A stretch of DNA of 64,000 bases from an uncultured Bdellovibrionales bacterium (GCA_964408435.1 CAYOZL010000002.1:344-64343); one strand, 5' to 3'; counted from the first letter of the stretch, positions 49,253 through 59,504 are shown. Made by a program: numbers and translations. Notes: generated from the sequence alone by a model not told the origin.

Positions 49253-50722
49253 TTAATAAGCGTTTTTGTCTTTTATAATTTTAAAAATAGTTAAAAAAAG
49301 TATCTTTATATCCAACATAAATGACCAATTTTCAATATAATAAAGATCACACTCTATTCTTTTTTCAATTGAAGTGTTTCCTCTCCAACCATTTACCTGA
49401 GCCCAGCCAGTCATGCCAGCCTGAACTTTGTGTCTTAACATATACTTAGGTATTTTCGTTCTAAATTCATCAATAAACACTGGCCTTTCAGGTCTTGGCC
49501 CAACAAGAGACATCTGTCCCTTTAACACATTAAATAACTGAGGTAATTCATCCAAGGAGAACCTTCTTAGAAACTTACCAAAGATTGTTGTTCTAGGATC
49601 ATCTTTAACTGCAAACACAGCTCCTTTTTCCTCTGCGTTTATTTTCATTGTACGAAATTTGTAGATATTAAATCTTTGACCATCTAAACCTAATCTTTCT
49701 TGAACAAAAAATGTTGGCCCTCTAGATGTAAGCTTTACGACAGCGCAAAGTAACAACATTACTGGAGCAAGTAAGAGGATAAACAAGCTAGAGAAAATTA
49801 TATCAGCAAGTCTTTTAATAAATTTTTTCATTCCGATTAAAGGTGTAGCTGCCAAGCTAACAACAGGCAGGCCATCAAATTCTTCAATTGCTGAACCTAA
49901 TTGAATGAATCTATGCACATCAGGTACGATTTTAACATCAACCATCGAATCCCCTATAGATGAAATTAGAGACTCAAGTAAGTCATGGTCTTGTAAAGGC
50001 ATTGCTATAATTAGTTGATCAATATTATGTGCTGCTAACACTTGTGGAAGTTGATCGTAAGTTCCAATAATTGGAAGGTTTTTTGTTTTTTGTTCAATAG
50101 CTAAGGCGTTTGAACCACTAATGTTATAGTTAAAAGCCTTAGAAGATACTGTCTTTGAAAAAGCATGTTCGCCCCTTTCTAAGCAACCAACTAACTTCAT
50201 ACCAAACTCAGGTCTGTTCTTTACTCTTGCTGCTATTTTTCTAGCTAAAACGCCTGAACCAACTAATAAAGTATAGCGAAGATTATAGCCTTTTTTACGT
50301 ATCTGCTTTAAGAAATTTCTAATTAGAAACCTATTTGCAGTTAAGCAAATTGAAGAAACAACAAAAAAGATTAGGAAAACTAATCGAGATAAGGGGATAC
50401 TTTTTTCCCAAAATAAATATGCAAAAGCTACAAGAACTAAAACACTAAATGCATTAGACCGTAGGAGTTTAAAAATTTCTCCATACTTTCCGTGCCCTCG
50501 CATTGGTTTATACAAACCACTTCTTCTAAATACAAAACCCCAGATTATGCAGATGAAAACAATCATCTTAAAATAATAAGTAAACTCAGGTATACCTTTC
50601 TCTATGGGGAAAAGATTGGTGTGGAACCTAAGCCAATAACTAAGCACCCAGGCAATACATACAATTGCTAAGTCAGATGCTTTAAATACAGCTTCAAATA
50701 TTTGCGAGTGTTTTTTTAACAT
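49253..50722 (-). CDS. undecaprenyl-phosphate hexose-1-phosphate transferase (polyprenyl glycosylphosphotransferase, WbaP/WcaJ-like)
   Basis: N-terminal TM helices and a C-terminal sugar-transferase domain with DELPQLFNVLKGQMSLVGPRPERP. Confidence 0.85.
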   Translation of the reverse strand: MLKKHSQIFEAVFKASDLAIVCIAWVLSYWLRFHTNLFPIEKGIPEFTYYFKMIVFICIIWGFVFRRSGLYKPMRGHGKYGEIFKLLRSNAFSVLVLVAFAYLFWEKSIPLSRLVFLIFFVVSSICLTANRFLIRNFLKQIRKKGYNLRYTLLVGSGVLARKIAARVKNRPEFGMKLVGCLERGEHAFSKTVSSKAFNYNISGSNALAIEQKTKNLPIIGTYDQLPQVLAAHNIDQLIIAMPLQDHDLLESLISSIGDSMVDVKIVPDVHRFIQLGSAIEEFDGLPVVSLAATPLIGMKKFIKRLADIIFSSLFILLLAPVMLLLCAVVKLTSRGPTFFVQERLGLDGQRFNIYKFRTMKINAEEKGAVFAVKDDPRTTIFGKFLRRFSLDELPQLFNVLKGQMSLVGPRPERPVFIDEFRTKIPKYMLRHKVQAGMTGWAQVNGWRGNTSIEKRIECDLYYIENWSFMLDIKILFLTIFKIIKDKNAY

Positions 50723-51902
50723 CTTTATTAAAATCTACTATCTTACTATTTGTTTTACTAATTTCTTTTTCAAGTTTACTAGTAAGTAATTTTTTAAATT
50801 TAGTTTTAAAAGAGTTTTGTGAAAATCTACTAGCCTGATTAACACACTTTTCAATTGTAATCTCTTTATCTAGTTCTATGAACTTATCTATAGCATTTAT
50901 AATACTTTCTTTACTATTATTTTCATAGAATATGCCTGTTTGCTCATTAATTACAGTCTCTAAAGCCCCTCCTTTTCCAAGAGCGATTACACCTAAGCCA
51001 TTTGCTTGTGCTTCAAGTGGCACTATTCCAAAATCTTCTTCTGCCCCGAAGATTAAAGCTCTAGACTCTGAATATAAACTTCCAAGTTTAGCTTCACTTA
51101 CACGACCAAGTATTTTAATATTACTCTTTGCTATTTTTTTAATTCTAGAAATCTCTGGTCCTGAGCCAACAATATTAAGCTCATATCCAAGCTCATTGAA
51201 TGCTAAAACGATAGTATCAACATTTTTATAAGGCACTAGCGCACTAACACAAAGAAAGCTATTTTTATTCTTGCCCTGATTTAAGCTAGTATCATTTTTA
51301 TTTGTATTACTAATCCATTCAGTTTTTACAGGTGGATATAAAACTTCAGAATCTAAATTATACACTTTTCTTATTCTTTGTTTTATATATTCACTAATGC
51401 AGACAAAGCTATCTACATTTTTACTTCCTTCTAAGTCCCAAGAGCGTAAATACTTAGTTACTATCTTAACAAAAGGCTCATACCATTTACTTTTAAAATA
51501 GGAGTCGTATTTATCCCAAAGGTATCTAGCAGGGGTTAAGCAGTAGCAAAGATGAAAGCTATCGACTTTAATATTCTTTGCTAAACAATGACTAATGCTA
51601 ATTACAATATCATACTCTTTCTTATTTATTTTTTTAGAAAGAGAATTACTAGCTACTGGATAAAAAGGTAATAAGTACCTGTATACATACTTAGCAAAAG
51701 GAGTTAAATTTAAAATAGAAGTGTAAACATCTTTAGAGTTTATTATTTTTGAAACATTTTTAGGCTCATAAAAAGCCGTATAAATATCTGAGTTAGGATA
51801 GAGTTCTAATATATTCTCTAAGCACTTTTCCCCACCTCTCATTCCCACAAGCCAGTCGTGAACAATTGCAATCTTTAATTTACTGCTCATTATCTTATGC
51901 AA
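50694..51902 (-). CDS. glycosyltransferase family 4
   Basis: GT-B fold with a C-terminal E-x7-E region (EDFGIVPLEAQANGLGVIA). Confidence 0.7.
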   Translation of the reverse strand: MHKIMSSKLKIAIVHDWLVGMRGGEKCLENILELYPNSDIYTAFYEPKNVSKIINSKDVYTSILNLTPFAKYVYRYLLPFYPVASNSLSKKINKKEYDIVISISHCLAKNIKVDSFHLCYCLTPARYLWDKYDSYFKSKWYEPFVKIVTKYLRSWDLEGSKNVDSFVCISEYIKQRIRKVYNLDSEVLYPPVKTEWISNTNKNDTSLNQGKNKNSFLCVSALVPYKNVDTIVLAFNELGYELNIVGSGPEISRIKKIAKSNIKILGRVSEAKLGSLYSESRALIFGAEEDFGIVPLEAQANGLGVIALGKGGALETVINEQTGIFYENNSKESIINAIDKFIELDKEITIEKCVNQASRFSQNSFKTKFKKLLTSKLEKEISKTNSKIVDFNKDVKKTLANI

Positions 51903-52998
51903 CCTTTACTGCTTTTTCTTCTAATACATTATAAGCACAGCTTAGATCTTTAAATAAATTTACAATTTTAGAATCAAATGAAGACTTATTAAATCTTTCT
52001 GCTATCTCCTTGCCTAGTTTTACTCTTTTTTCTCTATTTTTATGGTCATTACTCATTTGCCTAATTGCTTTTGTAAGTGATTGGCTAGAAAATTTATCAG
52101 CATACCAAATAGAATCTGAGAAGTTCTCAACTAAGCAAGGTAGGGCAAATGCTACTACTGGTATTCCAATTTTTAATGCTTCTAGAGCTGGGATACAAAA
52201 ACCTTCCTCTAATGACGGGATAACTAAGGCTTTAGCATTTTGATATAGTTTTCTAAGTTCATTTTCATCACAATTCTTTTTTAAAATAACATTATCTTGT
52301 TTTAAATTTGACTTACTTCCTAATATAATTAAATCACTTGTGCTCTCTTGTTCTTTCCAAGCCTTCAGTAAAAGATTTAAACCCTTATGCTTCAAGTCAC
52401 TAGATATGCATAAGTAATAGTCTTTTTTTTCACTTGAAATTCCTTCAAGTGAAGCTTGTATGTAATTTGAAATCTTCTCAATTTTTTTATTTTTTAAATA
52501 AAAATTATTTTCAATTTGATTTTTACTATAATTACTAACAGTAAAAACTAAATTACTTCTTTTTAAAGCATGAGAAATAGAAAAACGACTAAAAATTCTT
52601 TTAAATATGTTGCTACTGTTTAAGTGTATGCAATCATGAATAGTGCAACTTACTTTAGAGTTTTGTGGTAAAAAATACGGAACGGTATAGTGAGGAAAAT
52701 GTAAAATAGAGTTCTCTAGTCTTTTTTTTAGCTTTAAAGGCATAAAAAATGACTCAGCAAATGAGTATTTCTTAAAATTACTCTCTATAATCTCGATATC
52801 TGCCAAGCTTTTAAATAACTCAGACTTTTGTTTCAAGACCTGTTTAGAAGCTATTACTGCGACTTTAAACAAGCCACTACTAACTAAGGCTTTAATAGTA
52901 TTCTCAGTATAAACACCAATTCCTCCATCACAGAGTTTTCTAGCGTCTATAACTACTCTAGGAACTTCTCTTAGATTTTTAGTTGAATCAAAAGACAA
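51895..52998 (-). CDS. glycosyltransferase family 4
   Basis: GT-B fold (EGFCIPALEALKIGIPVVA). Confidence 0.7.
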   Translation of the reverse strand: MSFDSTKNLREVPRVVIDARKLCDGGIGVYTENTIKALVSSGLFKVAVIASKQVLKQKSELFKSLADIEIIESNFKKYSFAESFFMPLKLKKRLENSILHFPHYTVPYFLPQNSKVSCTIHDCIHLNSSNIFKRIFSRFSISHALKRSNLVFTVSNYSKNQIENNFYLKNKKIEKISNYIQASLEGISSEKKDYYLCISSDLKHKGLNLLLKAWKEQESTSDLIILGSKSNLKQDNVILKKNCDENELRKLYQNAKALVIPSLEEGFCIPALEALKIGIPVVAFALPCLVENFSDSIWYADKFSSQSLTKAIRQMSNDHKNREKRVKLGKEIAERFNKSSFDSKIVNLFKDLSCAYNVLEEKAVKVA

Positions 52999-53973
52999 TT
53001 AGGCCACATTAACGATTTTCTTACTGCCTCTATACACTTCTCTTACAGAATAAGTCTTTTTATTTTGAGACTCATGGTATGTTCTAACTAATACTTCTGC
53101 CAGAATTCCAAAACAAAAGAATTGCAAACCAATTAAAATAAGCATTACAGAAATTAAAAGCATTGGTCTGTTACCGATTGCCATATTTAAAAATACTTTT
53201 TCAAATGTAAGAACAGAAAGCATTAAAGCTCCTAAACCACCACTAAGCATTCCAAAAGATCCAAACATATGTAGTGGTCTTGTTGCGAAGCCTAAAAAGA
53301 ACCTAACTGTAAGTAAATCTAATATAACTCTAAATGTTCTTGAAATTCCATACTTAGAAGTACCGTGAATTCTAGGTCTATGTTTTACCGGAATTTCAGC
53401 AATTCTCACTCCCATACTAGCTGCAACCGCTGGTATGAACCTATGCATCTCACCATAAAGTTGAATACCTTTTGCCACTTCTTTCTTAAATGCTTTTAAA
53501 GTACAACCATAGTCATGAAGTTCAACATTTGTAGTTCTTGAAATTATTCTATTTGCAATCATCGAAGGAATTTTTCGAGACCACATTTTATCCTGTCTAT
53601 CTTTTCTCCAACCTGCAACTAGGTCGTAACCTTCATCCATTTTTTTTATTAGATTAGGAATCTCAACAGGGTCGTTTTGTAGGTCTCCATCAAGAGTAAT
53701 TATAATATCACCCTCTGCATAATCAAAGCCTGCCGCCATTGCAGCAGTTTGGCCAAAATTTCTTCTAAATTCTACAATTCTAGTTCTTGTATCAAAGCCT
53801 GCTACTTCAATCAGTCTTGTAACTGTTTTATCTTTTGAGCCATCATCAACAAATACAAACTCTGCATTAATGTTATTTGAATCAATTACATTAACAATCT
53901 CTAGGTATAACTGTTCAACGTTTTCCACTTCATTATAAAGTGGTATAACTAACGATATTAATCTTTTATCCAT
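52999..53973 (-). CDS. polyprenol-phosphate glycosyltransferase (GT2, ArnC/GtrB/DPM1-like)
   Basis: LISLVIPLYNEVENV...VDDGSKD...DGDLQNDP and two C-terminal TM helices. Confidence 0.8.
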   Translation of the reverse strand: MDKRLISLVIPLYNEVENVEQLYLEIVNVIDSNNINAEFVFVDDGSKDKTVTRLIEVAGFDTRTRIVEFRRNFGQTAAMAAGFDYAEGDIIITLDGDLQNDPVEIPNLIKKMDEGYDLVAGWRKDRQDKMWSRKIPSMIANRIISRTTNVELHDYGCTLKAFKKEVAKGIQLYGEMHRFIPAVAASMGVRIAEIPVKHRPRIHGTSKYGISRTFRVILDLLTVRFFLGFATRPLHMFGSFGMLSGGLGALMLSVLTFEKVFLNMAIGNRPMLLISVMLILIGLQFFCFGILAEVLVRTYHESQNKKTYSVREVYRGSKKIVNVA

Positions 53974-54089
53974 AAGCTCCTATTACTAACCTGTCCTTTA
54001 CTGTTTCAAGCAAAAAAATAGCCCCTATTTCATACTATAGAGATAGGAAAAAGTAAATAACACGCTAAAGAAGAACAGGAAAAATACCC

Positions 54090-54614
54090 CTAAGAACGAC
54101 TATAGGTTAAAAATTTACAATTTTTAGATTCTTTTGATGATATCAGTTCAAAATCGTCCTCAAATTCTGGAAAATACGTATCCCCCTCATGCTCACCATT
54201 AACCATTGTAAGCTCAAGTTTATCCCAATACTTTACAGTAGAACTATAGAGTTTTTGACCTCCTATAACCCAGATTTTATCTCCTTTAATAGAGATTTCA
54301 TTTGTTTTAACTTTTTCAAAAAAACTTTCTACTGAGTTTTCAATCACTACTTCTTTCTCGCTTGGTGCTAACTCAGCTTTAGTTAAAGTTGTAGAAAAAA
54401 CAACATTTAGTCTATTTGGTAGTGGTCTATATTTATCTGGTAAGGAGTAAAAAGTATTCCTACCCATTAAAACAGTATGACCAGTAGTTAGACCTGAAAA
54501 ATGTTTTAAATCTTCAGGTAAATGCCAGGGTAATTTATTCTTATAACCAATAATGCGCTTTTGATTCATCGCTACTATTGCATTTACTTCGTATTTTATT
54601 CTGCCCTCTTTCAC
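54090..54614 (-). CDS. folA: dihydrofolate reductase
   Basis: AMNQKRIIGYKNKLPWHLPEDLKHFSGLTTGHTVLMGRNTF is the DHFR signature. The 1-nt overlap with thyA indicates translational coupling. Confidence 0.9.
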   Translation of the reverse strand: MKEGRIKYEVNAIVAMNQKRIIGYKNKLPWHLPEDLKHFSGLTTGHTVLMGRNTFYSLPDKYRPLPNRLNVVFSTTLTKAELAPSEKEVVIENSVESFFEKVKTNEISIKGDKIWVIGGQKLYSSTVKYWDKLELTMVNGEHEGDTYFPEFEDDFELISSKESKNCKFLTYSRS

Positions 54615-55423
54615 TAGACAGCAATATCAAACTTAATTAATGCTTGAGGATTATAATTTTTGATTTTAAAATCTTTATATTTAAAATCAAAAATATCTTT
54701 TATTTCAGGATTAATCTCTAAAGTAGGTAATTCACTTGGTTCTCTGCTTAATTGCTCTAGAGCACCTTCAATATGATTTGAATAAATATGCAAGTCTCCA
54801 AAAGTATGAACAAACTCATGAGCTTCTAAGTTACAAACTTGAGCAACCATCATTAGTAGCATTGAATAGCTAGCAATATTAAATGGCACACCTAACATCA
54901 AATCAGCAGATCTTTGATACAATTGACAACTAATTTTACCATTATCAACATAGAACTGAAAAAGTGTATGACATGCAGGAGGAGCAACCTCTGGCAAATC
55001 TCCAGGGTTAAAAGCAATGACTACGTGTCTTCTACTGTTAGGATTATTTTTTATTTGCTCAATAACATTTGCTATTTGGTCAATGCTTCCCTCCCAGTTC
55101 CTCCACTGCTTACCGTAAACTGGTCCTAAATCGCCATTCTCATCTGCCCACTCATCCCAGATAGAAACTTTATGTTCTTTTAAATACTTTATGTTTGTAT
55201 CGCCTCTTAAAAACCATAATAACTCATAGATTACGGACTTGGTGTGTACTTTTTTAGTGGTCAGTAAAGGGAAACCCTTTTTTAGGTCGAATCTAATTTG
55301 TCTTCCAAATACAGAAACAGTACCAACTCCAGTTCTATCTTTTCTTATATTCTTTAAATCGTTAACAGACTGTATATTAGCGCTGTCTAATACATCTTTA
55401 ACTAAGCTTAAATACTGATTCAT
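54614..55423 (-). CDS. thyA: thymidylate synthase
   Basis: ThyA motifs including the active-site region PPCH ([13 protein letters not shown]). Confidence 0.95.
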   Translation of the reverse strand: MNQYLSLVKDVLDSANIQSVNDLKNIRKDRTGVGTVSVFGRQIRFDLKKGFPLLTTKKVHTKSVIYELLWFLRGDTNIKYLKEHKVSIWDEWADENGDLGPVYGKQWRNWEGSIDQIANVIEQIKNNPNSRRHVVIAFNPGDLPEVAPPACHTLFQFYVDNGKISCQLYQRSADLMLGVPFNIASYSMLLMMVAQVCNLEAHEFVHTFGDLHIYSNHIEGALEQLSREPSELPTLEINPEIKDIFDFKYKDFKIKNYNPQALIKFDIAV

Positions 55424-55634
55424 TTTATATTTTCATATCAATTTGTTAGTAACTTCAAGTGACTTATAGCACTGCTTTTATCCTTTCTACAAACCCATAT
55501 TAAAGACTTAGTGTTAAGTTTATAGCCTATTTTAAATGTGCCTCTAAGTTATTAATTTTAATTAAATTTTTAAGATTAAGAAATCTGAGTAAATAACCGA
55601 TATAAATTCAGGAGAATAATATAAAGATACTGTA

Positions 55635-56696
55635 TTGAAACAAGTTTTTACAAATTTAGAGTTAAAGCAATTAAAGACTCTAACAATAATGCATAGAAGA
55701 AATGAGATCTCTGATGGTTCATATGAACAAGAAATTGCTTTGATTCTAAAAGGTAGAGAATTCCCTATTTTAACAGACTCTCCAGATACCTTAGCAAACA
55801 CCAAAGACAGTAAAAATCTAGAAATAGAATTAAGAAAAAAAGAAAATCTAAAAAAGCATAACGAAATTAGAAGTAATGATATTAATTCATTAACAACATG
55901 CAATGAGAAGAGTAAGAGAAATAGAAAAAACCATATCAGCAAACAAAAAAAATCAAGAAATGAAAGTTTAATAACAAAATCTTTAGAAGAAGAAAACTTA
56001 AAAGATATAAACGATTCAACAATTCTAAATACTCAGCATGTAACGCTAACTACTCAAAAAAATATTCGCGGTTCTTTGATCTTAAATGAATCAATAAGCA
56101 CTAATTCTGTTATTTTTAATGCAGTACCTGAAAAATCTAATTTTAAAAATATTTTACTAGTATCTATTTCTACTATTTTATTATTAACGACTATTGCTTT
56201 CGTGAATTTTGGCTACACAAAAAATAAACTTTTAGATTCAGACATATCTAAAGAAATACTTGAAATAAATAATAAAAATATGAATAAAAACTACTTTGGG
56301 CCTGTTGCTATAAATCAATGTAATGAAAAATGTATTGAAAATAATGGACCTAAAGAATGTTCTTCAATTTGTAGAAAACTCTCTTTTATTAGATTCCCAA
56401 GAAGATTATCTCTTCTTGATAACAGCCCAAGAGTATTGGGTGCTAGAATAGTTTCTGATTGTTTAATTAAAGATAAAGCGAATAAGATTAACAGCAATTT
56501 AAAATCTGTTGACTTAGATGGTCTTAATCTTAGTAGACTACTTACAGAGTATAAAAATACTATTGAATTAGATAATTCATGTATTCAAACTAATAAAATC
56601 TTAGCTAAGATTGGTCAAAAAGTATCAAGTAATTATAAAGATAATTACAGTTCATCTTATTACGAGAGACTAAGCGAGAATATAAATGAAAAGTAA
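55635..56696 (+). CDS. hypothetical protein with one internal TM helix
   Basis: 353 aa and low-complexity, with a TM helix (ILLVSISTILLLTTIAFV). No domain is recognised. Confidence 0.4.
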   Translation: MKQVFTNLELKQLKTLTIMHRRNEISDGSYEQEIALILKGREFPILTDSPDTLANTKDSKNLEIELRKKENLKKHNEIRSNDINSLTTCNEKSKRNRKNHISKQKKSRNESLITKSLEEENLKDINDSTILNTQHVTLTTQKNIRGSLILNESISTNSVIFNAVPEKSNFKNILLVSISTILLLTTIAFVNFGYTKNKLLDSDISKEILEINNKNMNKNYFGPVAINQCNEKCIENNGPKECSSICRKLSFIRFPRRLSLLDNSPRVLGARIVSDCLIKDKANKINSNLKSVDLDGLNLSRLLTEYKNTIELDNSCIQTNKILAKIGQKVSSNYKDNYSSSYYERLSENINEK

Positions 56697-57000
56697 TAAA
56701 ATAATTAACAAGATTAGAATATTTTCATCTAATATACTTTATCTGTTCTTAATACTTCACTTACTGATTAGCTTTGTAGCTGCAGAAGAAAATATGCAAT
56801 TTATTACATTTAAATCTGGTGAATGGGTTTTAGCTGAAAAGCAAAATCACAATGGCGAAGAACAATATCCTAAGGAAAAAGCTATTTGCGAGTTATCTAC
56901 TAAAGAATACGAATGTTATAAAATTGAAAAAGATACTTATGCTACTGAGCTCAAAGAGCTAGAAAAAGAGCTAATCACAGCAAAAGATCTAGGCTTCTAA
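56686..57000 (+). CDS. hypothetical secreted small protein
   Basis: Signal peptide LFLILHLLISFVAA. The protein is 104 aa. Confidence 0.4.
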   Translation: MKSNKIINKIRIFSSNILYLFLILHLLISFVAAEENMQFITFKSGEWVLAEKQNHNGEEQYPKEKAICELSTKEYECYKIEKDTYATELKELEKELITAKDLGF

Positions 57001-57009
57001 ATCTAGCTG

Positions 57010-57044
57010 TTGACTTTAAAGCTCTAAATTCATATAAAAATCCC
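57010..57044 (+). promoter_or_regulatory. sigma70-like promoter (TTGACT-17 bp-TATAAA)
   Basis: TTGACT at 57010-57015, a 17-nt spacer, then TATAAA. It lies immediately upstream of a 41-codon basic ORF. Confidence 0.4.
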
Positions 57045-57170
57045 ATGGCATCACTAGCGAAAGTAACTAAAGCGAAAAGAAAGATAAGAAACGATAAGAT
57101 TTTAAAGAAGCGTTCTGTAAAATCTCGTAAAAAACTTAAAAAGCTTAAAGCTGAAGGTAAATTAGTATAG
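57045..57170 (+). CDS. possible small highly basic protein (41 aa), missing from the ORF track
   Basis: Manual translation gives MASLAKVTKAKRKIRNDKILKKRSVKSRKKLKKLKAEGKLV. It resembles a ribosomal or nucleic-acid-binding protein. It follows a consensus promoter, but the SD is weak. Confidence 0.3.
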   Translation: MASLAKVTKAKRKIRNDKILKKRSVKSRKKLKKLKAEGKLV

Positions 57171-57259
57171 TAAATACTCTTTTTACTATTCTATCTTAAT
57201 ATCCTTAAATTAAATTCAAAACTCTGAATTAGATTAGTTCTAATTGATCAGAATGATCA

Positions 57260-57622
57260 CTAATCAACTATAGAGTCTATTACAGCAAGAGCACTTGATT
57301 TATTAGTTGCTAAAGCAACATCATGCACATCACAAACTCTCATCAAAGCACCAATATCTGGCTCATGTGCTTGAGCAGTTAGTGGGTCTCTTAAAAATAT
57401 CACAGCTTGAACTACTCCTTGAGCAACTCTAGCTCCAATTTCCAAATCTCCACCATGTGGACCATGGGAAACAATAATAGGATCTAAATTAAGCTCATCT
57501 TTTAATAGCTTCCCAGTATTTCCAGTCGCTATTACATCCTGTGCCATAAAAAAGTCGACATAGTTAGACACTACTTCTAGTAATTCTCTTTTTTTACTAT
57601 CATGGGCAATCAGTGCAATCAT
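57260..57622 (-). CDS. mgsA: methylglyoxal synthase
   Basis: IALIAHDSKK...FLRDPLTAQAHEPDIGALMRVCDVHDVALATN parallels the E. coli MgsA active-site region. Confidence 0.9.
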   Translation of the reverse strand: MIALIAHDSKKRELLEVVSNYVDFFMAQDVIATGNTGKLLKDELNLDPIIVSHGPHGGDLEIGARVAQGVVQAVIFLRDPLTAQAHEPDIGALMRVCDVHDVALATNKSSALAVIDSIVD

Positions 57623-57623
57623 A

Positions 57624-58766
57624 TTATGCTTTATCTAAGGCCTGGCTTAAATCTTCAATTATATCATCAATATCCTCTATCCCAATTGATAACCTAACAA
57701 GTCCATCAGTAAGGCCTCTCGCCTCTCTAACATCCTTTGGAACATCAGGATGAGTCATAGATGCTGGATGAGTTACCATACTTTCAACTGCTCCTAAGCT
57801 TTCAGCTAAGGAAAATAATTTAAAGGAATTCATCATCCTAACAGTAGAGTCAAAATCAGACTTAAGTGTAATAGAAATCATTCCTGAAAAACCAGACATT
57901 TGCTCTTTTGCTATTTGGTACTGCGGATGACTTTCTAGTCCTGGATATATTACTCTATCTATTTTTTCATGTGATTCCAGAAATTTGGCTACTTCTAGTG
58001 CATTTTTAGAATGCTTATCCATTCTAATTGCTAAGGTTTTAATACCGATTTGTGTAAGCCAGCAGTCAAAAGGGCTCGGTACTGCACCTATGCTTTTCTG
58101 TAGAAATTTTAATTTTTTATAAATTTCATCATCGTTTACTACACATACTCCGCCAATAATTGAGTTATGGCCACTAAGATATTTTGTAGTGCTGTGCACA
58201 ACAACATCTGCTCCCAAATCTAAAGGTTTTAGGTAGTAAGGAGTTGCAAATGTAGAGTCTACTCCAAGTATAAGATTTTTAGACTTAGCTATTTTAGACA
58301 TTTCTGAAATATCAGTAACTTTCAATAGCGGGTTTGTAGGTGTTTCAATCCAAAGCATTTTAGTATTTGACTTAATCGCTTCAGATACCAATTCTGGTTT
58401 AGTAGTATCAACATATGTAACTGTAATATCAAAGCGAGAAAGTATCTGGTCAAGCATTCTAGACACACCGCCGTAAACATCATCAGTTGAAACTATATGA
58501 TCACCACTACTAAGTAATTTAAAACATGCATCAACAGCTGATAAGCCAGAAGAATAACATACAGCGTGCTTACCATTTTCCAGATCGCTAAGAGTTTTCT
58601 CAAGATATTGTCTACTTGGATTTGAAGCTCTAGAATAATCAAAGCCTTTAGTCTTGCCTATCTCGTCTAATACATAAGTAGCAGTTTGGTGAATTGGAGG
58701 AACTATCGATCCCGTGCTTGAATCAACATTCCTACCCGAATGAATTGCCTTAGTTTTAAATTTCAT
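57624..58766 (-). CDS. Cys/Met-metabolism PLP enzyme (cystathionine gamma-synthase/beta-lyase family)
   Basis: STTKYLSGH contains the PLP lysine, and the overall fold-type I architecture matches MetB/MetC. Confidence 0.85.
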   Translation of the reverse strand: MKFKTKAIHSGRNVDSSTGSIVPPIHQTATYVLDEIGKTKGFDYSRASNPSRQYLEKTLSDLENGKHAVCYSSGLSAVDACFKLLSSGDHIVSTDDVYGGVSRMLDQILSRFDITVTYVDTTKPELVSEAIKSNTKMLWIETPTNPLLKVTDISEMSKIAKSKNLILGVDSTFATPYYLKPLDLGADVVVHSTTKYLSGHNSIIGGVCVVNDDEIYKKLKFLQKSIGAVPSPFDCWLTQIGIKTLAIRMDKHSKNALEVAKFLESHEKIDRVIYPGLESHPQYQIAKEQMSGFSGMISITLKSDFDSTVRMMNSFKLFSLAESLGAVESMVTHPASMTHPDVPKDVREARGLTDGLVRLSIGIEDIDDIIEDLSQALDKA

Positions 58767-58880
58767 GGGTTTTAAATTTCATATTATTGGTCTATAGTAC
58801 TAGATTAGAATAAGGAAACAAGTCTGTTTATAACAATTTTTAAAATTTTAAGTATAGCCCCCCCCCTACTCATTGCCATA

Positions 58881-59489
58881 GTGCTTCATGAGATAGCTCA
58901 TGGCTGGATGGCAGATAAGCTAGGAGATCCAACGGCAAGAAAACTAGGCCGAATTACTTTAAACCCCATAAAGCATATAGATCCCTTTATGACTATTATG
59001 CTGCCAGGAATTTTAATAATCTCAGGTTCACCATTTCTATTTGGTGGAGCAAAACCAGTTCCTGTAAATCCACTTAACTTCAAAAACCCAAGACGAGACA
59101 TGGCCTATGTCGCACTAGCTGGACCTGTTCTAAATTTCATTTTAGCGCTCTTAACTCTTATAGCAGGTAAAATACTATTTACTTTTTTCCCAGGGCTATT
59201 AAATTTATTTGGTGCTTATGTAACAATTTTATTCAAAATTTGGATTATACAAGGCTTTTTAATAAATATAATTTTAGCTGTTTTTAACCTAATGCCAATA
59301 CCTCCACTTGATGGAGGAAGAATCGCAGTTGGTTTTTTACCAATCGAATTAGCTAGAAAATATGCTCAAATAGAAAAATACGGCCTATTACTAGTAATGG
59401 CAATTTTATTCACTGGCTTATTTGATAAAATATTTATTCCTATAGTCAGCTTAGCTAGTTCTATTTTAAGAGCTTATGGTTTTAGATAA
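58881..59489 (+). CDS. site-2-protease-like M50 family membrane metalloprotease (short form)
   Basis: HEIAHGWMADKLGD carries the HExxH motif within a TM helix, and a downstream LDGG motif is present. The reading frame is open from 58809 and encodes an obligatory upstream TM segment but no ATG/GTG/TTG start, so the true start is probably near 58824 (CTG after AAGGA). Confidence 0.7.
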   Translation: MLHEIAHGWMADKLGDPTARKLGRITLNPIKHIDPFMTIMLPGILIISGSPFLFGGAKPVPVNPLNFKNPRRDMAYVALAGPVLNFILALLTLIAGKILFTFFPGLLNLFGAYVTILFKIWIIQGFLINIILAVFNLMPIPPLDGGRIAVGFLPIELARKYAQIEKYGLLLVMAILFTGLFDKIFIPIVSLASSILRAYGFR

Positions 59490-59504
59490 TATTCTGTTTA
59501 CCAA

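Noticed and set aside
54614-54614. thyA/folA 1-nt overlap as an anomaly
   Set aside because: Start/stop overlaps such as ATGA are a common translational-coupling arrangement and are not unusual.
55562-55942. 126-aa minus-strand ORF overlapping the 5' end of the 55635..56696 gene
   Set aside because: It is a low-complexity Leu/Phe-rich translation of AT-rich DNA, antisense to a longer ORF, with no motif. It is probably spurious.
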